Source of the DNA: a virus | Length of the DNA stretch: 43,389 nucleotides | Virus record (IMG/VR): IMGVR_UViG_3300025730_000002 | Span: 1 to 43,389 of that record | Reading direction: 5' to 3' (one strand) | Shown here: positions 19,206 to 25,952 of the stretch, one piece after another | How positions within the stretch are numbered: the stretch's first letter is position 1 | Layout of the letters: the number at the start of each line of letters is the position of its first letter | Notes under the pieces: generated by a model | What the model was told of the DNA's origin: nothing | Databases searched by the model: none | Seen by the model: only the letters and a program-made list of their open reading frames with translations | Program-made: the position numbers and the translations under genes

Positions 19206-19790
19206 TTATTTCCATTCACCAGTTTTAACATACTCAGCAAACAGATTAGTTAATTTTTGCAGTTCTTTTAAATTGCTACTTTTTTTACCAGCTAAAAATT
19301 CAACAGCAGTTCGCAGAACACTCATTCTCAAAATTTCAGTATCATTCTTTTTAGGTGGTGCATATTGACTACCTTTTTCCTGATAGTTTTTTCTTATAGG
19401 TTTTTGAATAAGCTGTCCAGATTTAGCATCTTGAATCGTTTTAGACCCATTAGCTTCTTTAATCTTAAGTAGCATGGTTTGAGGAAACTCAAATTTAATC
19501 ATCTTGTCTTCAAGTGATAAGCTCAACTTCTTCAAAACATCAGGATTAAAACATGCCATCCTATCGTTGTTATCGGTTACGAACACCCAGTAGTTCTTCT
19601 TAGTTTTCTGTGAAAAATTCTTCCAGATAATAGATATTGACATCTTTTTAAATTTGTTATTGTCACCATCATCATCTTCTTCTTCCTCTTCATACTCATC
19701 AGTTTCTAATTCTTCATCTTCTTCTAACTCTTCTTCCAATTCTTTTTCCTTTTCTTTCTTTGCCTTTGAATTGACTTTCTTTTTTTCCAT
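19206..19790 (-). CDS. Hypothetical protein with a poly-acidic N-terminal tract (194 aa)
   Basis: AGGAG RBS. Residues about 17-45 are almost all E/D. Its position next to the nuclease suggests a recombination or ssDNA-binding role, but no motif supports this. Confidence 0.6.
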   Translation of the reverse strand: MEKKKVNSKAKKEKEKELEEELEEDEELETDEYEEEEEDDDGDNNKFKKMSISIIWKNFSQKTKKNYWVFVTDNNDRMACFNPDVLKKLSLSLEDKMIKFEFPQTMLLKIKEANGSKTIQDAKSGQLIQKPIRKNYQEKGSQYAPPKKNDTEILRMSVLRTAVEFLAGKKSSNLKELQKLTNLFAEYVKTGEWK

Positions 19791-19808
19791 TTTACTTTTC
19801 TCCTTTAT

Positions 19809-20372
19809 TTAAATTTGTTCGTTAGGTTCAGGAATTTCTATTCCTGAAGCCAAACATTCTTTAAACCATTCTTCTTTAGCTTTTTTTAAATCTGCTAATG
19901 CTTCTTCTACTGTTCTACCATGCCCACAAACATTTTTAAACCCAAACTCACTTGTCCCTAATTCTGGCAACCAAGCAGTAAAATATTGACCATCATTATG
20001 AAATTCGATATTTATTTTGTATGGTAAATGCATATAATAATCTAATGCATCAGCCTCAACAGCTTCAGTCATCTTATTTGCTATTTCATTCTTTTCTTTG
20101 GTGCTATATATAGCACCATTTTCTATAATTTTTGTATCCTCATAGGGAGCAACTCTTTTCCTATATAATTCAAGTTTAACAGATTCAAGCACTCCTATAA
20201 CAGAATTATATACTGAAAAGTGTCCTTCATAATCATTGAGGTATCCTAAACAAATTCTATAAAGAATATAAGCTAAATCTCCAATTAGAAAACTTTTTGT
20301 TTCAAGCTCCTCAATTAAATCGTCAATGAATAAATCAATGTTTTCTCTTTTTTGCTGACTAATATAAGGCAT
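19809..20372 (-). CDS. Two-domain protein with C-terminal HicB-like domain
   Basis: C-terminal INIEFHNDGQYFTAWLPELG...GHGRTVEEALADLKKAKEEWFKECLASGIEIPEP fits the HicB/UPF0150 pattern. The N-terminal domain is unknown. Confidence 0.6.
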   Translation of the reverse strand: MPYISQQKRENIDLFIDDLIEELETKSFLIGDLAYILYRICLGYLNDYEGHFSVYNSVIGVLESVKLELYRKRVAPYEDTKIIENGAIYSTKEKNEIANKMTEAVEADALDYYMHLPYKINIEFHNDGQYFTAWLPELGTSEFGFKNVCGHGRTVEEALADLKKAKEEWFKECLASGIEIPEPNEQI

Positions 20373-20375
20373 TTT

Positions 20376-20732
20376 TTACTCCTTTTCTAAAATTTTATTT
20401 TCTTTTTCATATAATAAAGAAACCAACTTCATATCTCTTTTTAGTTTTTCTAATTCAGCAAATTTTTCTTTAAACTTTTTATTTATTTCGTTTCGTTCTA
20501 TAACATATTCTTTAGCTATTTCTCCAATAGAAGTATTGAATGGATAACTCCTTCTTACTTTTTTAACAATACCTTTTTCCAAAGAGCCTAACCCAATACC
20601 TTTATTTTTCAAGTCAAGGTCTTTTAATAACTCTTCTACTAAACAATCATGCTCTAATGTAAGATAAATTGGTATCTCATAATACACATCTATGCTTTTA
20701 TCATCTCCTAAATAACAAGTTATCAAGTGCAT
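20376..20732 (-). CDS. Hypothetical protein (118 aa)
   Basis: First gene downstream of the consensus promoter at 20762-20790. AGGAG RBS. Confidence 0.6.
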   Translation of the reverse strand: MHLITCYLGDDKSIDVYYEIPIYLTLEHDCLVEELLKDLDLKNKGIGLGSLEKGIVKKVRRSYPFNTSIGEIAKEYVIERNEINKKFKEKFAELEKLKRDMKLVSLLYEKENKILEKE

Positions 20733-20761
20733 TTATTTCTCCTTTTTAACCTATATAACTA

Positions 20762-20790
20762 TATTATATCATTTTTTATAGGCTTTGTCA
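20762..20790 (-). promoter_or_regulatory. Consensus sigma70 promoter internal to the leftward block
   Basis: The minus strand reads gacTTGACAaagcctataaaaaatgaTATAAT with a 17-nt spacer. It precedes ATG 20732 and sits at the edge of the GC-rich island. Confidence 0.7.
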
Positions 20791-21009
20791 AGTCTCTTTA
20801 TCATCATCCAGATGAGCATCTACCCACGCATCATACTTCTCATCGGCTCGACTCATCTTCTCATCATACTGATAGTCAAAATAATCACAATCCAGACAGG
20901 CTTCACCACTCTCCAGGCACTCTTCAATACGGGGACAATCCTCTGGACAGAGGAAATCATCTGGAACATTTCCGTAAGTTAAAGAATTGTCTGGTTTTCT
21001 TGTTAGCAT
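20788..21009 (-). CDS. Small acidic Cys-rich protein (73 aa) in a GC-rich island
   Basis: Cys-rich segment CPEDCPRIEECLESGEACLDC followed by an acidic tail. AGGAGAG RBS. Confidence 0.55.
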   Translation of the reverse strand: MLTRKPDNSLTYGNVPDDFLCPEDCPRIEECLESGEACLDCDYFDYQYDEKMSRADEKYDAWVDAHLDDDKET

Positions 21010-21041
21010 TTTTTCTCTCCTCTTATAGAGCCTCTTCCCAC

Positions 21042-21257
21042 CTATTGAACCACATTGTAATCATGGTTTTCAACAAATGCGGCGCTACCATCCACATGTC
21101 CAGCCCCGTGGCAGACAGGGCAGAAGTCTTGATATATTTTAGGAAAATCGTTTTCATCGGGTAGTGCCTTCGAAGGCCCGACTAAGGCCTTAGTAAAATC
21201 AGGCGGCTTAATTTTATTGATAACTCCTCGCCCATGACAAAGCTCGCAAACCTTCAT
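21042..21257 (-). CDS. DnaJ-type zinc-finger (2x CxxCxGxG) small protein
   Basis: CELCHGRG and CPVCHGAG motifs. GGAGAAAG RBS. Lies in the GC-rich island. Confidence 0.6.
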   Translation of the reverse strand: MKVCELCHGRGVINKIKPPDFTKALVGPSKALPDENDFPKIYQDFCPVCHGAGHVDGSAAFVENHDYNVVQ

Positions 21258-21329
21258 TTTTCTTTCTCCATCTCAATAATGTTGACGACGGCCAGCTCTG
21301 TCTGACTCGGAACTTTTAGTTCTTGTAGC

Positions 21330-21707
21330 TCACTCATTTTTGCCCTCCTGGTTCAGCTTGATGAACCGCTCAAGAATAACCGCCGTATCCATCAGCTGGC
21401 TGAAACGGGTTTGGTATTCTTCTTCTTTTTTTTTGAACTCAGCAAATACCTCAGCAATCGTTGCTTCTGGACTGAAATATTTTGTTTCAACCTTTCTGAG
21501 ATATATTGAGCCGCTCGACTGCTCAATCTCGGACCAGTCAGTGAAGCCACACTTAGCAAGCTTTGACCCGACCTCTTGATTGTAACAGCCACTTGAGGTG
21601 CGAGGGTAAATCCTGAGCTCGGCGGCAACCTCAAATTTTTCCTCATCGTTTGGATTGCCCAAAGCCCTGCCGTGCCTGTTGAATGACCTGACGATAATAG
21701 ATTCCAT
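21330..21707 (-). CDS. Hypothetical protein (125 aa) in the GC-rich island
   Basis: GGAGG RBS 5 nt upstream of ATG 21707. No motif recognised. Confidence 0.6.
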   Translation of the reverse strand: MESIIVRSFNRHGRALGNPNDEEKFEVAAELRIYPRTSSGCYNQEVGSKLAKCGFTDWSEIEQSSGSIYLRKVETKYFSPEATIAEVFAEFKKKEEEYQTRFSQLMDTAVILERFIKLNQEGKNE

Positions 21708-21939
21708 GATAAACCTCCGTTCCGTTTATTTTTTCTCTCCTTTTATTTTTCTCTTCAAACATACAACACCAGAAATCATTTTTTGTCATTAGCCATGCGT
21801 GATATGATTCAGCATCTGAAGCATAAAATTTAGATTCTTTAATCATCTTCTCCCCATCCTTACTCTCACCCATTTTGCAATATCCCCACCCATTTTCTTC
21901 TTCCTTCCAGAACTTACATTCTTTGCATACATTATTCAT
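21643..21939 (-). CDS. Cys-rich CxxC...FWCC domain protein (98 aa)
   Basis: CKECKFW..WGYC...FWCCMFEEK is paralogous to the C-terminus of 15362..15700. First gene after the promoter at 21968-21996. The 3' 65 nt overlap the next gene. Confidence 0.6.
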   Translation of the reverse strand: MNNVCKECKFWKEEENGWGYCKMGESKDGEKMIKESKFYASDAESYHAWLMTKNDFWCCMFEEKNKRREKINGTEVYHGIYYRQVIQQARQGFGQSKR

Positions 21940-21963
21940 TTTCTTCCTCTTTTTTCATCATAC

Positions 21964-22362
21964 CTAAATTATATCACTTTTTGTCTTGCTTGTCAAGCCT
22001 TTATCAAAAATTATCTTTTGTTTTGCTTTGCTGTATATCCCTTTTTTAAAAATCCAGTTACCTTTTATTTTCTTGGCAAGCCAAACCTCAGCTTTACAAG
22101 CCTCGTTTTCTGGAAAGCAATATTTATTAAACTCTCTTACTCTTTTTTGTAAATCTTTATTAGTTGTTATCTGAATAAACCTAACATCATTTTTGCTAAC
22201 AGCAATTATATCAGCTCCAAAAATATCCTCTCCTTTACTTCTCCAGCCTCGCTTTGTTTTTATGGCATAAGACTTAACACAATAAACAGAATACCCAGCC
22301 TTTTCAAGCAGTGGTTTAGCAACTTGAAAAACTAAATAGTTATGTCTCTTTTTATAATTCAT
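21964..22362 (-). CDS. Restriction-endonuclease-fold (Hjc/YraN-like) protein, possibly a resolvase
   Basis: GEDIFGADIIAVSKNDVRFIQITT resembles the D..(D/E)xK core, but QIT stands where ExK is expected. The call is weak. Confidence 0.4.
   Translation of the reverse strand: MNYKKRHNYLVFQVAKPLLEKAGYSVYCVKSYAIKTKRGWRSKGEDIFGADIIAVSKNDVRFIQITTNKDLQKRVREFNKYCFPENEACKAEVWLAKKIKGNWIFKKGIYSKAKQKIIFDKGLTSKTKSDII
21968..21996 (-). promoter_or_regulatory. Consensus sigma70 promoter internal to the leftward block
   Basis: The minus strand reads ggcTTGACAagcaagacaaaaagtgaTATAAT with a 17-nt spacer. It overlaps the 3' end of ORF 21964..22362 and precedes ATG 21939. Confidence 0.7.
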
Positions 22363-22373
22363 TCTTTATTCTG

Positions 22374-22760
22374 TTATCTTATTCCTATCTTTTGTAGTCT
22401 ATTATATAAATTTATTCTTTTTATACACTTTTCTTTACTCCACATTTTCCACATAAAAGGCGGGCAAATATAAGTTCCAAGACATTCAATAGCAAACTCT
22501 TCAGAAAAATACTCTTCAGGACACAATCGCTTAGCTATTCTCCAGGCTAACAGTTCATCAGCAAGTAGTTTGTTAGTGTTTTTATTTTCATCTGTTTCTT
22601 TAGCCTTTAGCTTCTGTCGAGTTATTAAATGTCCGATTTCGTGAAAGAAAGATGAAATCAGTTTTTCTTTTGACATTCCATAGTCAATCCAGATTTCTTT
22701 ATATCTGGTATCAACAAAAGATGTTTCTGGTCTCTCTATGTTTTGTATTACTACAATCAT
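22374..22760 (-). CDS. Minimal HExxH metallopeptidase-like protein (ImmA/IrrE, M78-like), paralog 1
   Basis: FFHEIGHL, then E-LLAW-RIAKRLCP about 25 residues downstream (compare the M78 pattern HExxH...ExxAxxFAxxLLxP). Same length (128 aa) as 24878..25264 and clearly alignable to it. Confidence 0.6.
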   Translation of the reverse strand: MIVVIQNIERPETSFVDTRYKEIWIDYGMSKEKLISSFFHEIGHLITRQKLKAKETDENKNTNKLLADELLAWRIAKRLCPEEYFSEEFAIECLGTYICPPFMWKMWSKEKCIKRINLYNRLQKIGIR

Positions 22761-22796
22761 TTTTTTATTTTTTTCATTTAGACTTTAACAAGTAGT

Positions 22797-23057
22797 TTAC
22801 TTTTCTAATGGAAAGTTTTTTGTATCATAAGCATCAAAACCAAGTTTTTTTAATGCTTCAAACTCTGTTTTATCCCAGAATGTTTTTTCTGCTATAATTT
22901 GAGAAGGCTTAATTTTATAATCATAAAAATATAACTCTACTAATTTTTTAATTATTCTACCTGGAAATTTATCACGATATCCTATACCAGCCATTAAATA
23001 TTTTTTTTCGTTCCTTCTTTCTATCCAGAATTGTTTTCCTAATTTTGCTCGTTTCAT
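22797..23057 (-). CDS. Hypothetical basic protein (86 aa)
   Basis: AGGAG RBS, early operon. Confidence 0.55.
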   Translation of the reverse strand: MKRAKLGKQFWIERRNEKKYLMAGIGYRDKFPGRIIKKLVELYFYDYKIKPSQIIAEKTFWDKTEFEALKKLGFDAYDTKNFPLEK

Positions 23058-23083
23058 TTTATGTCTCCTTTTTAATTAAAATT

Positions 23084-23269
23084 TTAGACTTTTTTGTTTT
23101 TATTTTTTCTTTCTTCTTCTTTAATTAATTGCTTTACTCTTTTATACATTTTTTTATCATCAGCAACTAATCCACCTAAAGTTTGTAGTAAAGATAGCAT
23201 TGTCGAAAAATTTAATCTCTTTCCGTCCTGGTCAATAATAGCTAATTCATCAAAATAGACCTTAAACAT
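23084..23269 (-). CDS. Hypothetical protein (61 aa)
   Basis: AGGAG RBS, early operon. Confidence 0.5.
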   Translation of the reverse strand: MFKVYFDELAIIDQDGKRLNFSTMLSLLQTLGGLVADDKKMYKRVKQLIKEEERKNKNKKV

Positions 23270-23293
23270 AGTTTGTCTCCTTTATATTAAAAT

Positions 23294-23668
23294 TTATTCG
23301 TTATCAAAGTTTATTTCCAGTTCGTCTAACATATCGTCCAGCTCCTCTAACTGCTCGTCAATATAACTACTACTAAAGTTAGTAAGTTCTACGTCGTAAG
23401 CTATAGGGTCAACTGCTTTTAAGACTTCAGAAGGCAGATAACTTAATTCTCCGATTTGACAAAGAAGATTAGAATCATCTAAAAATTCGTCAAAAAGCCT
23501 TTCTATTTCCTTGTCTGCTCCATTTTCTACTAATTCAAGCTTGTTAATTTTTTCTTGTATTTCGTCTATCAGCTCGTCCTGCTCTTTAATGTCTTTTCCT
23601 TCTTTTTCAGCCCTTGTTAAAAGCTCTGTTAATCTCTCTTTTCCTTCATTGATTGTTTTAATTTTCAT
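23294..23668 (-). CDS. Strongly acidic promoter-proximal early protein (124 aa)
   Basis: First gene after the consensus promoter at 23703-23731. AGGAG RBS. E/D-rich throughout, with coiled-coil-like character. Confidence 0.65.
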   Translation of the reverse strand: MKIKTINEGKERLTELLTRAEKEGKDIKEQDELIDEIQEKINKLELVENGADKEIERLFDEFLDDSNLLCQIGELSYLPSEVLKAVDPIAYDVELTNFSSSYIDEQLEELDDMLDELEINFDNE

Positions 23669-23702
23669 TTTAAATCTCCTTTATTTTTCATTTTATAAGT
23701 CC

Positions 23703-23731
23703 ATTATAGCATATTTTTTATGACTTGTCAA
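23703..23731 (-). promoter_or_regulatory. Consensus sigma70 promoter, leftward early operon
   Basis: The minus strand reads TTGACA-17 nt-TATAAT with TGn extended -10 (ggcTTGACAagtcataaaaaatatgcTATAAT). It lies about 35 nt upstream of ATG 23668. Confidence 0.8.
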
Positions 23732-23766
23732 GCCTTTTTTGGCTTTACAAGCCTTGTTTTGGCTTT
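23729..23766. repeat. Two tandem AAGCC-N6/7-GGCTT mini-hairpin units abutting the -35 of the leftward early promoter
   Basis: CAAGCCTTTTTTGGCTTT (23729-23746) and CAAGCCTTGTTTTGGCTTT (23748-23766). The first overlaps the -35 TTGACA on the opposite strand. Confidence 0.7.
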
Positions 23767-23887
23767 TTATTAATTTTTCTTTTATAATGTTTATCATAGT
23801 TTTTAATCTGCTCACATTGCCTTACTGATTTATTCTGTTTTTCATTATACTAATTATATCATATTTTTATATTTTTGTCTATACTTA

Positions 23888-23910
23888 AATCCTATTAATT
23901 CTATAGGATT
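23888..23910. promoter_or_regulatory. 23-bp palindrome AATCCTAT-N7-ATAGGATT (copy L1)
   Basis: AATCCTATtaattctATAGGATT has perfect 8-bp arms. Confidence 0.8.
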
Positions 23911-23946
23911 AATAATATTTATTAGCATTGTTTTTTATATAGATAA

Positions 23947-23996
23947 ATAAATTATTGTTTCTTTCTTTTATATATAGGAAAGAAACAATAATTTAT
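23947..23996. repeat. Perfect 19-bp inverted repeat (hairpin/cruciform), 12-nt loop
   Basis: ATAAATTATTGTTTCTTTC (23947-23965) is the exact reverse complement of 23978-23996. No flanking T-run is present, so it is not a canonical terminator. Confidence 0.9.
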
Positions 23997-24344
23997 ACTT
24001 TTATACTTATATACCTATATATAGCTATATAGCTATATAAATCAATTCATGCTAACTATATAGCCATATGGCGAACGTTCCAAATACCAGGCGGACATAA
24101 ATTTTTTACTTTTTCTTGAAAAAAAACGTTCTACAATCGCTGTAGAGCCACTAATTCTGTCCGTCCATAGTTAGACTACGTGGAAAAAATCTTTTTTGCT
24201 CTACGAGCTTTTAAACGCTAAAAATGGCAATATGCACAAAAAGTAGTCAGTAAAAAATAGCTAAAAATAGATAGAATGGATAGAAAAAATAGAAAGAGTG
24301 GAAAAAATTAAATCTTTTTTGTTAACGTTAACATTAATTATATT

Positions 24345-24397
24345 AATCCGATAAAATTAGTAAGATTAAAAATAAATCCTATTAAATTAGTCGGATT
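24345..24397. promoter_or_regulatory. Two further copies of the 23-bp palindrome (L2, L3), 30 bp apart, upstream of the rightward early promoter
   Basis: AATCCGATaaaattagTAAGATT (24345-24367, degenerate) and AATCCTATtaaattagTCGGATT (24375-24397). Confidence 0.65.
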
Positions 24398-24448
24398 AAA
24401 TTTTTTGTAAGTTATTGATAATAAATAAGATAAAATTATAAAAAAAGC

Positions 24449-24477
24449 TTGACAAGGATTTTAAAATATGATTAGAT
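24449..24477 (+). promoter_or_regulatory. Sigma70-type promoter, rightward early cassette
   Basis: gcTTGACAaggattttaaaatatgaTTAGAT: perfect -35, 17-nt spacer, TGn plus a 4/6 -10. It lies 22 nt upstream of ATG 24499. Confidence 0.6.
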
Positions 24478-24498
24478 GGTATCATAGGATGGCGGAAA

Positions 24499-24873
24499 AT
24501 GATTCTAACAGTAATACCAAGTAAAGCAGGAATAAGTTACGCTGAAGAAAAAAATAATACTATTTATATTTTTTGTAAGCAAGAAAAATCCGATATGATT
24601 TTAACTTTAAGCCATGAAATAAGCCATTTATTTTTAAAGAAAAGATTTTTTAAAAATGAAGTAATTAATACCTTAGCAATAGAAACTATGGCATGGGTAA
24701 CAGCTAAAAAAATCTGTTTAGATAAATACTGGAATGAAAAAATAGCCATTGAAAAATTAAAAACTTACTTTGATTTTTATAGCTATCAAAAAAATATTTT
24801 TCTAAAGTTGTTTTTAAGATTTTTGTTTTTAGTAAGCAAATTTAAAATATGGTTAGATAATATTATAGGATAA
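24499..24873 (+). CDS. HExxH metallopeptidase-like protein, divergent paralog 2
   Basis: SHEISHLF followed by ETMAWVTAKKIC. First gene after the promoter at 24449-24477. The C-terminal third is hydrophobic and divergent. Confidence 0.5.
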   Translation: MILTVIPSKAGISYAEEKNNTIYIFCKQEKSDMILTLSHEISHLFLKKRFFKNEVINTLAIETMAWVTAKKICLDKYWNEKIAIEKLKTYFDFYSYQKNIFLKLFLRFLFLVSKFKIWLDNIIG

Positions 24874-24877
24874 TAAA

Positions 24878-25264
24878 ATGATTGTTGTTGTTAAATACTC
24901 TTACCAAAAAAATATAGCTTACTCAGACAGACAAACTAACACAATTTATATCGATTACTCAATGTCTAAAAACAATTTTATTAATTGTTTTTATCATGAA
25001 CTAAGCCATTTAATTCTGAAAGAAAAGTTTGATTGCAAATGGTATGATACTATAAAAAATACTAATAGATTAATTGAATCTGAACTGATGGCAAGTCGAA
25101 TTGCTAAAAGGTTATGTCCAGAAAAATATTTTTCAGAAAAATATTTAATAAGCTGTTTACACAGTTATATCTGCCCGCCTGGCATGTGGAAAGCATGGAC
25201 AAAAAGTTTTTGTAAAGAGAGAGTAAGTATTTTTAGAAAAATTAAAAAGATAGGCATAAAATAA
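24878..25264 (+). CDS. Minimal HExxH metallopeptidase-like protein (M78-like), paralog 3
   Basis: YHELSHL, then ELMASRIAKRLCPEKYFSE...YICPPGMWK. Shares MIVV.., IDYxMSK, KNTN, RIAKRLCPE, YICPP, KIGI with 22374..22760. Confidence 0.6.
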   Translation: MIVVVKYSYQKNIAYSDRQTNTIYIDYSMSKNNFINCFYHELSHLILKEKFDCKWYDTIKNTNRLIESELMASRIAKRLCPEKYFSEKYLISCLHSYICPPGMWKAWTKSFCKERVSIFRKIKKIGIK

Positions 25265-25386
25265 TGAAAGAAAAAATTTTAAAGAAAGGAGATAAGAAAA
25301 AAGAAAAAACTAAAACAAAAAGTTTACTGGCTGGCACTAAAAATTTTAGTGCTATGGCAAGGGAAAAATTTTTAATAGGAGTTTAA
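25264..25386 (+). CDS. Possible 40-aa lysine-rich peptide, below the ORF-track cutoff
   Basis: TAATG stop/start overlap at 25262-25266. It fills the gap to the next gene. The sequence is low-complexity K-rich, so this is uncertain. Confidence 0.3.
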   Translation: MKEKILKKGDKKKEKTKTKSLLAGTKNFSAMAREKFLIGV

Positions 25387-25388
25387 AA

Positions 25389-25748
25389 ATGAAAAAAGAA
25401 AAGGTTGAAAAAAAAGTAAGTTATGAATTAAACGGATTTATGGTTGTTACTAACTGGTATAATCAAGTTGGCTGGACTGGTTTAGTTATTAATACGGATG
25501 ATAAAGGATTAGAAGAGATTAAGAAAGAACCGTTGCAGGATTATATTAGCTTTGGTGTGCAATCTGTTGACTATGTTTACCTGGACGTTTACAAAACAGA
25601 AAGTATCTTAAAAAATGGTAAAAGATATATTATAGAAACTATCGAACCGATTGAAACTATCGAATCAGGGAATGTGCCAGAAAAAGTTAATTTTAATGAA
25701 GTAATAGAACAAGTTTATTCAAGCAACCCCACTATTGTTACTTATTAA
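25389..25748 (+). CDS. Hypothetical early protein (119 aa)
   Basis: AGGAG RBS. No motif recognised. Confidence 0.6.
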   Translation: MKKEKVEKKVSYELNGFMVVTNWYNQVGWTGLVINTDDKGLEEIKKEPLQDYISFGVQSVDYVYLDVYKTESILKNGKRYIIETIEPIETIESGNVPEKVNFNEVIEQVYSSNPTIVTY

Positions 25749-25761
25749 AAGGAGAAAAAAA

Positions 25762-25941
25762 ATGAGTAATAAAAAACAAGAAAGCTTTGACATTGATTAT
25801 TACAACGATGATAGCTTTAGCATTAATGAAGAAGAAGGAATTGAAGAAAAGGTTTTGTCCTTAGATGCATTATTAGAGCAGGACATAAGGGACGGGGTGG
25901 ATGATATGATTAGCAATTTAATTGAGGAAATCTTTGGATAA
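25762..25941 (+). CDS. Small strongly acidic protein (59 aa)
   Basis: ATG 25762 follows AAGGAG; the track start at 25735 is upstream of the RBS. Hand count: 18 D/E versus 4 K/R. Confidence 0.6.
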   Translation: MSNKKQESFDIDYYNDDSFSINEEEGIEEKVLSLDALLEQDIRDGVDDMISNLIEEIFG

Positions 25942-25952
25942 GGAGTATAAAA

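Noticed and set aside
21340-21646. Overlapping ORFs 21392..21646 (minus) and 21340..21579 (plus) inside gene 21330..21707
   Set aside because: They occur only in the GC-rich island, where random open frames are expected. The 125-aa frame has the GGAGG RBS and fits the operon spacing.
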